Assembly (NCBI GenBank): GCA_010909165.1
Contig: MU008170.1
Coordinates: 1,550,001 to 1,614,000 of the forward strand
Direction: 5' to 3'
Source: Anthoceros angustus
Taxonomy: Eukaryota; Plantae; Anthocerotophyta
Length of the DNA: 64,000 nt
The translations under genes were made by a program, and so were the position numbers. Positions 1-11,410 of the stretch are shown here, piece by piece. Within the stretch, counting starts at the first letter, position 1. Each line of letters starts with the position of its first letter. The notes under the pieces are model-generated. The model saw nothing but the letters and a program-made list of their open reading frames with translations, was not told the origin of the DNA and did no database searches.

Positions 1-2185
1 TATCGGCGTGATCGGGCCGGTGGAGGCGGCGGGAGGCGAGCCAATCGGCCGAGCAAGTGGCCGAGCAAGCAGTGAGGTGAGGAGGCAGCCGGGAGATTGG
101 GGACCTCGAGTGCAGCGGGAGGTAGAAGGCGGCGGGGAGGCTGGAGGACAACAAGGACACCTTGGGTTGCAACTCCAAGATGCATCAGGCGGAGGGGTTC
201 TCAGCGAGAATCCAAGACTTGACGAGAGGTGGGCGCCTCCAGCTCCGCTTGAAACGGAGGAGAATAGGCGGCGGTGCAAGGAGTTCGGCGTCGCAAGGTT
301 GCGGCGGGATGTGGCGGAAGCCGAGAGTCGGACGGGGATACCCGCCCTGGAGAAGGAAGTGGAGGACCTCAGGAAAGAATAGCGAGGAAGAAGCCTTTGG
401 AGGAAAAGGTTGCTCGTCCGGTTGCGAGGCGAAGGAGCTCGGCTCCATGGCCCATAATGGCGGGCTGGAACAGCACAGGAGGAGGAGGAGCGTCGGCGGC
501 GAAGGTTGCAAGAGTAGAGGCCCTTGGCGGCCTCAAGAGTCCGCCCGCCCTACGGTGGTAAGCAGCCGGAGGCAGGCGGTGGGCGATCTGCTCGATTCTG
601 GAGCACCTCGGAGGAGAATGGGTGCTCGGGCTCATGTGGAGGAGGCGATTGACAAGTCGATTCCGACCGCCTACTACAGCGAGCTCCTCAAGGCTCTGGA
701 GGTCTGCGCCACCCTAGGCGGGAGGTGGACTTCGGAAGGATGGAAGGAGGCGAGGAGGCGGACCGGGGCAGCTGGCCAGGAGTCCTAGGGCTGTTTGGCA
801 GCAGCGGCGGCGGCGAAGGCAGCGGAGGAGGAGGAAGGCGCCACAGGAGGTAAGCACTCGGCACCCTCGCATGGAAGGGCGAGGAGGATCTTGGAGAGGG
901 GAAGGGTGCAAGGGCATTCGGGAACCAAGGGAGGCTCGGTGGATGAACCCATGGCTAGCCGGTGGAGGCATGCCAGGAGCACGAGGTCGGACTTTGTCCG
1001 GACTCTCAGAAAGGCGGATCAGGGTCCGGCCCCAGAAATCTGGACTTAGGGATCCAGGACTCTGGTGAGTCGGACCACGAGGTCCGGACCCGAGGAAGGT
1101 TGGGTCGAGGCCGGACCCGAGGCAAGTCCGGTCCCAGGGCCGGACTCCGGCAGCCGAGGCCGGACCCAGGCGATCCGGTCCCAGGGCCGGACTCGAGCCG
1201 GAGGCCGGACCCGGAGGAAGGCCGGACCTAGAGGTCCGGACTCGAGTCGAGGGTCTGAGGTCCAAACTCGGGAGTGGGGAGAGCCACGATCCCAACCCAG
1301 ATCCAGCCCTTGGAGGCCCCTGCGCGAGGCCCGCGAGAGAGAAGAGGGAGGCGAGAAGACTTGGTGGTGGCCGTTGTCGAGGGCCGCCGGTGGCGCTCAG
1401 CAGACCCTCGGGAAGAGGAAGGGTCCGCCTCGCGGATCATCCGATTAGGTGCGCCGACCGGAGCTCGGCTTTGGGCCGCCGGTGCCAAGAAGGAATCGGG
1501 GGCCATCCGGCCCCAGCAGCGATAGGCGGAATAGGCGAGGTAGTAGGCGGTGGTTAGGGCCTGTGGCGGCCTCATTTCGAATAGAGGTGTAATAAAGCGC
1601 CGACCTTGGCGTAGTATAAGAGGCTAAGGGCCTGAATAAATCATCTTTCTCTTGGTGTTGATGCGTTCTTGCAGACCTTTGTGTGTCTTCTTGCTAACGT
1701 GAGTCACGAGTCAGCGGCGAGCACGGCGGCTCGGGAGATTGATCGGTCACGGTAGCCGGACCTAGCGTGTTGTGGTGTGTGCGGGGAAGGGTGGCGGTGA
1801 CCCGTGCTCGTCCGGGCAGCCCCCCCGGCAGGGAGTGTGGCGGAGGAACTCGGGAGGCGTCTGAGCCGGACGGAGGCCGTGGAGCAGCGGAGGAGGTCGG
1901 GCCCATGTAACCAGCGTCTTTTCTAAGGTGAGTGCGTGCGGAGGAGAGGAAAGGGCGGAAGTGTGAGTGGCAGATATGAGCGTCTGAGGTGACAGGTCCT
2001 AAGCGTTTAGCCATCTGGGCTGTCACGGTGAAACGTTGTGAGTAGTTAGGAATGTGTGCGTTGAGGAGGCGAGCAGCTAAGTGCGGTAGGAATCACGAAG
2101 CAGCGGCAAGCGGAGTCTATCATTCCCTTGGGAGCAGTTTCTTCCTAGCGACCACGGGATTATGTGCGCCCGGCTGGCCATCGGC
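1..2185 (+). mobile_element. Partial Ty3/gypsy-like (Tat/Athila-type, inferred) segment: degenerate coiled-coil extra ORF, CCGGAC repeat tract and LTR-like end; inverted homologue of 5455-7680
   Basis: Blocks match the reverse complement of 5455-7680, e.g. 1580 aatagaggtgtaataaag...gcgtagtataagag, 1640 catctttctcttggtgttgatgc and 2158 gattatgtgcgcccggctggccatc. Peptide YYSELLKALEVCATLG matches YYHAEASRLEVCATPG in the other copy. No RT or integrase lies in this segment, so the family assignment is inference. Confidence 0.55.
1030..1265 (+). repeat. Imperfect array of ~15-20 bp units built on (GAGG/GGT)CCGGAC
   Basis: More than 10 ccggac/ccggtc cores (ggtccggacccgagg, gaggccggacccgagg...). The inverted counterpart is at ~6390-6670. 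Confidence 0.75.
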
Positions 2186-2681
2186 GATCGCCCAGCGGGC
2201 GTTGTTGCTTAATCCTGAGCTTATACTCCTGCTTGATGGCGTCGCAGTACCTGGCGAGCTTTGCCTCCGGCTCTAGGTCTAGTATTTTGAGCATAGCCTT
2301 CATGAATTGCAAATGAAATTCTTCAAGTGTCCCCGTATGCTTGAGAGCGTACCATGCTGACCAACACCTTTCTTTGTGATCCTTAGGCAAGAAATTGTGA
2401 AGAAGCTCTGCTTTCATCACTTCCCATGACTGTATGGGTGGCTTCTCTCCACGCTTCCCAGCCTCCTTCCTGTTCTCCCACCAGGCTCTGGCTAGATGGC
2501 TCGTGTAATGAGCTGCAAAATCCACCTTCTCCTTTTCTTGCATGCTGACTACTTCGAAATATATGGTGAATGCTTGCGTCCACTCCTGCAACTTACTCGG
2601 GCTCCTATCTTGGCAGGTGAGCACCTCGAACTTAGCTCTCTTTCTCAGATCGTCATTTCGAGTTGGTTCATCGAATGACAT
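2186..2681 (-). pseudogene. Ty3/gypsy Gag (Retrotrans_gag-like) relic
   Basis: ARAWWENRKE...SWEVMKAELLHNFLPKD...WYALKHTGTLEEFHLQF...EAKLARYCDAIK follows the W-x-x-L-K-x-x-F / L-x-Q-x-G-x-V-x-E-Y gag pattern. It is truncated at the junction with the 1-2185 segment. Confidence 0.8.
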
Positions 2682-3685
2682 CCCTTCTCTAGAAGCAAGG
2701 TCGGATCACCGGGCTTGAGCTCTCTCATGCCTTGCAATTTGCGAGCCTTTGGCTATCTCGATTTTGGGATCCTCTTGTTCTTCCCCGGCTAGTCCTTGCA
2801 CTCGAAAATTTTCAATGTCATGGACTGTGTTGGTGACGAGTCGGTGATGTGGGCAACTCGCTTGCGAGGCAAGCCTTCCATCTCTATTATCATTCGCACT
2901 TGAAGTGAAAGTTGTCTTGTCCAGAGGTGGGTCTCTGCATGACTTGTGCTAAAATATTTCTCCAATTTCGCTCCTTCTCTTCATTCTATGCAAGCAAATT
3001 TGCTAACAACTTCTCATGCTGTTCCTTTTGTTCTTGCAACCTCCGATGCAGAACAGCTTGAGCTTCGGCTTCCATCGTGCTTTGAATCTGCATGCACGGA
3101 TCATCGCCCGTTCACCTCATCTCTCGGCACATGCAACTCTTCTTGGACTAAGCCGGCATGTCGAAGCATCTCACGTAAGGCCTTCTCCCTTTCTGCATTT
3201 TGAGCCAAAATATCAGCCAAAAATTTTTCGTGCTTCTCGGCCGATCTTGTAGGGTTCGTTGGATCATAGCACGAACTTGCCTCAACACGGGATCGAATTA
3301 CGCTTCGTGTTGAGCCACGTTCGCATCAAATTCACAGGCTCGGCCTCTATCGCTCCATGTGTAGGCATGCACGGATCGTGCACCACGCCCCTCCTCCTCA
3401 ACTACTTCTTTCCTTGCGGCTCGGCCTCGTTTACGGCAGTTGCCTTCCCATCTTCTACCCAGCTAGCGAGGATTTGCGAGGGCGGCCAATTTTCTTCTTA
3501 ATGCCACCTCTAGCGCGGTCCGCCTCGCGACCTCACCGTGATGCAAGCTCAACATATGGCCATATCGGCCATGGATCTTGCCGTCGGTCGTGAAGCTCTT
3601 GCTATCCTCCATCGACCTCATGCGCACGTGATCCAAGCTAGAATATGCACGGCCGGGGTTATGTAGCTTATCCCTTCGTTGTAAA

Positions 3686-4660
3686 ATTGCCAGCCCGTGC
3701 TCTCACACATGCACCTGCGTTCAGATGCTGGACCCGGCTGTCACTTCTCCTACCAGCACTCGATGCGACCTCTGCCACTGATGTGGTCACTAGTGATCCA
3801 CACTCCGACTGCGATTGAAAGATCCAAGTGGTCACAATGAGGATTCTGGTCAGATTTTGGCACAAGCATGCCTGGCTCTTTCAACTCCCACGGTCATGAT
3901 AGCAATTTATATAGCCCGTGCCAAATCCTCGGATCGCCTCGAGCGAACCACTGCACTAACGGTGAGAAACTCATCGGTCCATGTCATTGATATGCTTTGA
4001 AAACGAAGCATCGAACTCGACGCCTACCGAGTAGCTCACCATTCGGCTTTTGCTTTTGCTAAGACTCAGCAAACGGCTTTGTCTATACTCGCATATCAAG
4101 ACAAACAGTGCGAATGGCTGCATGAGCGTGCCACTCACGTCGCAACTTGGTGGCCAATTTGTCGCGACTTGACAATCTTCTGTCAACTTAAAATTGCGAG
4201 CCGTGCTCTCACACATGCACTGCGTTCGGATGTTGGACTCGGTTGTCACTTCTCCTACCCGGCTTTCGATGTGACCTACGCCGATGTGGTCACTAGTGAT
4301 CACACTCCGCTGCGATTCGAAAGATCAAGTGGTCGATGAGGATTACGGTGATTTTGGCACAAGCATGCAGCTCTTTCAACTCACGGTCATGATAGCAATT
4401 TATAGCCGCAAATCCTCGGATCGCGCTCGGCGAGAATTCCTATGAATGAGCATCATTTTCTGGTCCAAATCATTGATATGCTTTTGCTTACGGATGTCGA
4501 ACTCACGGCGGTGAGTAGCTCGCACCATCGGCTTTTGCTTTTGTGACAAACTTCTCACATATCAAGACAACAGTGCTGAATGCGACTCTTGGCATGGCGT
4601 GCCACTCACGTCAACGGTGGCCAATTTGTCGCGACTTGACAATCTTGCTGTCAACTTTCG
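3686..4660. repeat. Tandem duplication, two diverged ~500-bp units inside a retroelement relic
   Basis: aaattgccagcccgtgctctcacacatgcac (3686) recurs as aaattgcgagccgtgctctcacacatgcac (~4191). Both units end ...gtcgcgacttgacaatctt(g)ctgtcaactt. The copies differ mostly by small indels. Confidence 0.85.
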
Positions 4661-5329
4661 AGTGCGGAGATTTCGACCCGTCTTTGCTCGCCCACAAACT
4701 TTGCACTTCAAGTTTGCATATCGCACGTAGCTCTTGAATTCCGACCACAAGCTTGATCATATACAATGCTCTTGCCTTGCTGTGCTTAGACTTCTGACTT
4801 CAAGACTCTCTTGTCTGCAATTCAATTCGCTCACTCTTCTTGATCATGGTAGAAAGAAACCCTCTTCATTTGCCACAAGATGGACCAGTGGCGTCGGTAT
4901 TTGAATTGCTCAAATAAAGAACCACAACACACATATCAGCAACTTGCTTGAATGCCACAGCGCTGTCATTTCCTACCGTCTCGTCTTGGACCTAATGTTC
5001 AAGACTGAGCTATTGTCTGGCCTGCTTCTCACAAGACTGAGCTAGCAATTCTTGCACTTTCCACAACCCTCATGCGATGTGACATGCTCTAGGTTTGGCT
5101 GGCTAGCAAGACCTCAACTGCGGGGCCCATGGGCCTCTTGCTGTTGTCTTTTTTTGCTTTGCAACGAGACAACAACAAGACGTCCTGGTTCTTGCATGCC
5201 TCTGACTCCCTAGGAGTCTTCTGTCAGCCGTCTTGTGCCCTCAGGCCACACGACACAAAATGCCAACCTGAACTGAGTCGTTCGCATGGGTGCTCTCCGG
5301 TCACTTATTGGCGCCATTAGCGTGCCTCC

Positions 5330-5420
5330 TGCACATTTAGTGCCGAGAACTTCTGCAATGTTGAACTGGCGTCAGCCAAGCCAAAGGGAACAAGGATCTC
5401 CTCTGGTTTGCTCACTTCTC
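5330..5420 (-). pseudogene. Short reverse-transcriptase-like fragment
   Basis: LVPFGLADASSTLQK resembles the gypsy RT motif MPFGLxNAPxTFQR. The match is very short. Confidence 0.35.
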
Positions 5421-5454
5421 CTTTCGCTTTCGAGTTCTGTGGTGCGACTTTCGC

Positions 5455-8400
5455 TGATGGCCAGCCGGGCGCGCACAATCCTGTGTCGTTGTAGTAAGGA
5501 GTCCGCTCCCAAGAGAATGATGGGCTCCGTTTGCCTTGTTTCAATCGTTTCGTCCCTCACTTAGTATCAGTTCAGTCTCAATACACCTATTCATCGTTTT
5601 AAGCCTAACTACCCGCAACGCTCACCGACAGGCCCGGTGCGGCCAAACGTTTAAGGACCCGTTCGCATCCGTGTCGTTCAAGTTCGTCACTCAACCCTCT
5701 AGTCCGTTCCTCTTACCACTCTCATTACTCTCACCATCCTTGGGAAAAGCGCGGGTGGCTACGCGGTCTGGACCTCCTCCGTAGCTCTGCTGGGCCTCTC
5801 CGTCCGGGCTTCGCACGCCCTCCCGGAGTTCCTCGGCTCACACGTTCCGGTCAGTCCAATCTTTGGGCCTTTGCTGCGGGCGAGCAAGGGTCCCTAGCGC
5901 TATTCCTGCACACCACCACACGTTAGGGTCCGTCACCAAGACCTTGATCAGGTCTCTCGGCATCCCTGCTTTCGATGACTCGGGACTCGCGTTAACAAGA
6001 AGGCACCCAGGCACGCGGAGGCGGCATCAACACCAAGAGAAAGATGCTTTACTCGAGGCGGCCTCGGCCCTCTTATACTACGCGAAGGTCGGCGCCTTTA
6101 TTACACCTCTATTAGAGGCCAGCTCGGTCGCCCTAATCGGCCGCCTACTATTCTCCTTATTCCTCCTATCTTGGCCGGTGGTGGTAGGATGGCCCCGATT
6201 CCGTCTTGCACGGCGTGGTAGAGCCGACATGCGGCGCAATCGGATGATCCGGGACCCTACCTCTCCCGGTGCAGCTGCGCTACGTGGCCGGCGGCGACGA
6301 TCACCACTAAGTCCTCCTCTCCCTCCTCTCTTATCTCTCTGGTGGGCCCTGCAGGCGGGCCCTCAAGAGATGGATCTGCAGTGATCGGTGGCTCTCCCCA
6401 CTCAGTCTGGACCTCGGGACCCTCTCGACTCGGTCAGGACCTCTAGGTCCGGCCTTCCCTGGTCCGGTCCTGCAATGGGCCTTCTTTGGAGTTCGGACCT
6501 CGGGGTCCGGACTTGCCTAGGTCCGGTCTTAGGCCCCAACCCTTCCAGGAGGACCTCGAGTCCCGATCGTCACTAGAGTCTGGACCTCTAAGTCCAATCC
6601 TCCTTGAGGCGGACTTGAGTCGGCCTTTCTTCAAGTCGGACAAAGTCCGGACTCACGCAGACTCTGGTTTGCCTCCTCGCCGGGCTTATCACGGGCTCAC
6701 CAGGCCTTCCGGTTCAGGGTTCCGTTCACGCCCTTCCACGGCCTCCCGGGGCCCTCCTCCTTCCTTACATGCGGAGTGCAGTGCTTACCTCGTGGCAGTG
6801 ACCCTTCCTCGTCCGGCTCCTCCGTTGCTCTCCCTCGCAGCTCTGTTGTCGTCAAGCAGGCTCCTAGGGTCCCAGTGGATGTCTTTGTCCCTTCCTCCCT
6901 CGCTCCTCCTTCCAGGCCCTTACGGAGTCCGCCCCACTGCCTGGGGTGGCGCAGACCTCGAGCCTTGAGGCTTCTGCGTGGTAGTAGGCAAAGTCGAATC
7001 GACTTGAATTGCCTCCTCCATGGGCCGGGCACCGGTATTCCCTCCGTGAGGTGCTCGGCTTGGGCATGTTGTCCCGGCCTGGCCGTCTCCATTGCGAGCT
7101 TACCAAGCGGCGGGCGGACTCCCTCGATGCCACCAAGGCGGCCTCAGGCACCTCCTGCGGCCTTGGCTGCTCGGTTCTCCTCCTCCCCGTCGTTCTAGCT
7201 CCAGATTTGCAGCCATGGAGTGAGCTCACCCTCCTTCCATAGCCGGACGAGCACTGTGCTCCTCCTCGGTCTCTCTTCCCTCCGTTCATCCTTTCCGGAG
7301 GTCGCCACTTCCTTCTCGGCGGGCGGTCCTCGTCCGGCTCCGGCCTCCACCTCTGCTGCGGCCTTGCGGCGTCGAACTCCTTGGGCCGTCGCCTACTCTC
7401 CTCCGTCTTCAAGCGGTGGGCGCTCTATCTCCACTCGAAGTCTTGGATTCTCTCGTTGAGAACCCCTGCTCAATACGTCTTGAGTTGTAGCTCATCCTTC
7501 TTGCGCCCTCCAGCTCCTGCCGCTCTTCTACCTCCTGCGGTGCACCGAGGTCCCCTATTTCCGGTCTTGACCTCCGATTCCTCCTCACGGCTCGGCGTGC
7601 TCCAGCCCGCTGCCCCGGCCTTGAGGTTAGCGCAGCTACCCGGCCGTCTCCCTCCCATGGTCCGATCACGTCGATAGTGATCCCGGTCGCCGCCTCGGCG
7701 CTTCCGTTGCCTTCACAGCCTCGGCGAGTCGATGTTGGGCTTGAGCCACCTCGGCCAAGTCGCGGGCGTTCTCCGCCTGCCTATGTCCCTCCTCTGCCTC
7801 CTTCTGCGCCACCTCCACGCGCTGCAGGTCCTGCCCGCGCTTGGGCCTCATGCCCCTGCTCGCCCGGTGAAGAAACTTAGCCCGATCCTGCAATGGACCA
7901 AACTTCCCTTTCGCCTCCGGCGCCCCCTCGATGCGGCCGAGGCTTCCTTCTTCCTCGCCTCTGGAGCCTCCATCACTCCTGGAGGAGCACCATCGCCTCC
8001 TTGTTGCCTTCCACCTCCACAGGTCTTCTCGGCCGTCCCTTGAGACCCCGAGCATACCATCCATGGAGTGGCAGGACCGCCGTGTCTCTTCCACAGGCGC
8101 CTTGAGTGAGGCCCCAAGAAGTCCGTCGTGGGCGGGCATCTCGTCGCCAAGGACCTCCATACCGCGGCGGTCCGGTTGGTCTCGGACCTAATCGGGACCC
8201 TCGGGTCACGAGTCTTGGTCAGCCTCACCTCCTTGGCCCTCTTGGCCGCCAATTCCTTCATTCGCCCTCTTTCTCCACAGGGCTCGGAGGGTGAGGGGTT
8301 CGGGGAGTGACCTTTTACCTCTCCCGGTCGAATATAGGAGGGCCGGCTCGGGCTGGGCCGCCTCCTCCGCTCCTTGGCGGCGTCCTTTCCGCCCTTAAAT

Positions 8401-9900
8401 CGCCTCCTCGGCTTCTTGCCACTCCGTTGGCGAGGCGAGAACGCAGGCGCCGTCACAGGTCTTTGCGTTGGCCGGGTGGCACCGTCTTCCGCCTCTTGGT
8501 CCCCGCAGTCCGTCGGGCTCGTGGCTGTCGTCGTTCTTGGCGTGTGCAGCCGGGCTAGGCGCTCATACAGGCCCTCTTCTTCTGTTGCTCGGTGGGGTAC
8601 AGGGAGGAGGAAGCGGGGATGTCCTCCACACTTCCCTCGGTGGCGAGGTCCGCTCAGACGGGAGTCAGGATTCCTCAGTCTTCCTCCGGACCCTCTTGCT
8701 CCGGTGGGCCAGGCCTCCGCCTCCTGCGCCACCTCCGCCTCCTCCGGTGAGGCGGCCCCGAGTCGCGTTCCTCTTCACCCTCCTTGAGGTTCGCGTGCCC
8801 ACACATGAATTAAAATGGCGATAACGGCAGCGGAGGCTTCTCACACCTCGACTTGTGAGCTTCATTGATCTGGCGAAGATGATCACCTTCGCCCTCCTTC
8901 CTCTGCGCGTAATAAAATAGATTGTCACCAAGGTGATCTACCTTGGTGAGCATGTTCTAGTGGACAATGATCCTTGCCACGCTCTCACCCTCACCTCCAG
9001 AAATCCAGACATCAACCCGTTGGTTGTTCGTTGCGTCCACAGCTTCGACATGGCCTTTACCACCTCTATCTTTCCTACGGCCTTGAGGGGTTGAACCTAC
9101 GCCCCCAATTTCCTCGTGGGCCATTGTAAACCTCGGACCTCCACGGTCCACCTCCTAGGGTCCTCTCGAAGGCTCTTAGATCGAACCTCCTGTTGGCCGC
9201 AACATCTTCCCGGCGATTCTGACTAGGGCGACTGTCAAGGTCCGCATACTGAAAACGCCAGTGCCACTCCTGACCAGCCTCCGCCTCCTCCGCCCACGTC
9301 CAAGTCCCGTAGCGCTTGGTGACGATGTTGCCCACCACCATGGCTCCCAAACCTCCGCCGCCTTCTTGGTCCCATCTTCCGCCTCCTTCCGTCTCACGGC
9401 CGAGGCGTGAAGCTACAATTCGCTCCCGCCGTGGTGTCGGCTGTTCACTCGCCAAGCAAGGATGCTGGAGCGATCAAAAGACAACGAGAGCCGGGTGTCC
9501 GAGAGAATGCGAAGATCGCCGGTTGTTTGAAGAATGACCTCCGCCTACTCTTCTCCGCCGGGTAACCGCGGAGGGCGGCTCGCCGTCAGAATCCGAGCCT
9601 CGCATGGCTTACTCGCCTTTACGCCCGCCTACTCGCCTTACGCGTACGCTGGAGCGTGAATACCGCTATAACGGCATCGCAGGCTACGGCCCGGCTCGCA
9701 TGCCTGCCTTCCATTCCATCCACGTGGCTTCTAACTCACGCCCCAACTTCTAAATTACCCATCCTTGGGCGATTATCCCATTCTGACTGGAGTGGGGTCC
9801 GGACTTATCCGACATCTCGGCAGTGGTCCGGGTCCTGAGTGGCACCGGGTCCTCACCCCGAGTCCGAGTGCACTCGAGCATGAGTGTATTTATTCCTCCT
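5455..9900 (-). mobile_element. Degenerate Ty3/gypsy-like segment with a long frameshifted extra ORF (~9540 to 6900, coiled-coil C-terminal half), CCGGAC tract and LTR-like end
   Basis: 5455-7680 is the inverted homologue of 1-2185. Overlapping minus-strand ORF pieces are E/R/K-rich. The layout resembles the 18580-20680 ORF region. Confidence 0.5.
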
Positions 9901-10337
9901 TTTCCGCCTTATTTTACACTCCATACCTACGAAAAAAAAAAAACAAACCCCGCTTATTTCCCAACCCCAAGGGGAGTCCGTTGTCCACAAGTTCCTCTCA
10001 TTCTCCATCTCGACGTTCCTCTTTCTCCCGCGACTCTGACTATTCATCCCTTCTTGCATCTTGCTCTAGCTCCTGTCTTCAAAGTCCACGGCTCCTTTCC
10101 CACACCTTCCGCCTCACAAACTCTTGCCTTCAAAATTTTCATGTGTTCTCCGCCAAATGTAGAGCCAATACAAGATGCAAACAATCTCGGTCCAAAGATC
10201 ACACCAGACCCCAAAAGCTCACACTCGGTCACTTCTCCCACTCCTTGATGGTCCCTTCCAGCTCCCATACCGGCAGCCTCCTAATCCACTCCAAAGGCGG
10301 GCGTGATCTGGAGTCATCCCATTGATCCGATCGTCCG

Positions 10338-10699
10338 GCTCTGATACCAAGATGTAAGCGGCATCGTGCGAGATGGGCGACTAAGGGCACCAGGAGCGCA
10401 GAAAGCTGGGAATCAATTCCCGCTTGGATCTTGGGAACGGGCTCAAGTAACCCACGCCCCTGTTTGAGCACGTGTTCAAAATTAATGTTGTTCCTGACTA
10501 CAGTTCGGCTAACTATGGTTAGTTGCCCCTAGGTTAGTCACTCACTCTAACTCACCTAATGTTCTAGCTAGCTGCCCTCGTCTGGCTACCATCTATCTAT
10601 GCGGCCCTCGGCGAGGTCAGGCGCTTAGTGCGGTGTCTACCATAGCCTGGCGATTGACTAGGTCCTTCACGGCTGGAGCTTGCTCAATCTGCCGTGACA
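10338..10699 (-). mobile_element. 5' LTR (10353-10699) plus tRNA-iMet primer-binding site (10338-10349) of a minus-strand LTR retrotransposon
   Basis: gctctgatacca is the reverse complement of the canonical PBS TGGTATCAGAGC. It sits 3 nt from a segment bounded by tgtaag...gtgaca (TG...CA). No partner LTR was found in the window. Confidence 0.7.
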
Positions 10700-11140
10700 G
10701 TATATGGGAACTCCTTGAGCTACGGATGGCACAGCAATACCCTTTCGCCGTCGTCTCTTGGTTTTGGTAGCTGCATCAATGTCCTCTCCACTTTGGGGCT
10801 GGTCACCACTCCCTCCTTCTTTGCCAATATCTTTCCTCTAGGCTTTGAGTCAGCATCTTCATCATCAGATTCCTACACAGGCTTACCTTCTTCCATGATG
10901 GCGGCAAGACCGTGTGTTGTTCATTCAATTGGCCTTGACATGCTGCTGGCTTCATCGAAGACTCCTCTCACAGCTACTTCCTCTTCTTCTGTTGGGGCAG
11001 GCCTGCATGGGACTTCCCCATGCATCCAAGCGATACGTCATTGATGAGCCACGACCTCCTCCTCTTCCACGACTGCTTAGTGTCGGGTTCCTTGGGCAGC
11101 GCCACTCAACACGTCCAGTTTCTCCACAGTTGATGCAGCC
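10700..11140 (-). pseudogene. Gag C-terminal relic with degenerate CCHC zinc knuckle
   Basis: The minus strand reads GCINCGETGRVEWRCP (CX2CX4[H>R]X4C), followed by RGRGGGRG. It is cut by the LTR at 10699. Confidence 0.6.
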
Positions 11141-11154
11141 CTACTAGAAATGGG

Positions 11155-11410
11155 CACCCTATGTTACATTTTATGTTAAGATTTGGACCCCTGGATGTAA
11201 CACTCATGTTGCAACTTTGGGGTCATGTAACACTTTTTGGGCTCCTTGTTACACTTTGGCTTGGAAACCATACCACGGCATTGTTGCAATCATGTTGCAA
11301 TGGTGTTGCAATTATGTTAAGATGAAGTGAGAGGTGGTTTTGCCCTCTCTCAAAATTGCCACATGATTTTAACATCTAAAGTGTTACAAGAGAGGTCTTG
11401 TAACACTTTT
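11155..11410. repeat. Array of ~11 short TGTTACA/TGTAACA/TGTTGCA motifs in both orientations (possible DNA-transposon subterminal repeats)
   Basis: atgttacat, atgtaacac (x2), atgttgcaa (x2), ttgttacac, ttgttgcaa, gtgttgcaa, gtgttacaa and ttgtaacac all occur within 250 bp. Confidence 0.6.

Noticed and set aside
1030-1265. CRISPR-like repeat array
   Set aside because: The units are degenerate, have no unique spacers of constant length, and lie within a eukaryotic retroelement.
2176-2187. tggccatcggcg / tggccatcagcg as a tRNA-Met PBS
   Set aside because: It is only a partial match to TGGTATCAGAGC. What follows is antisense gag in one copy and an RT fragment in the other, so it is better read as an element end.
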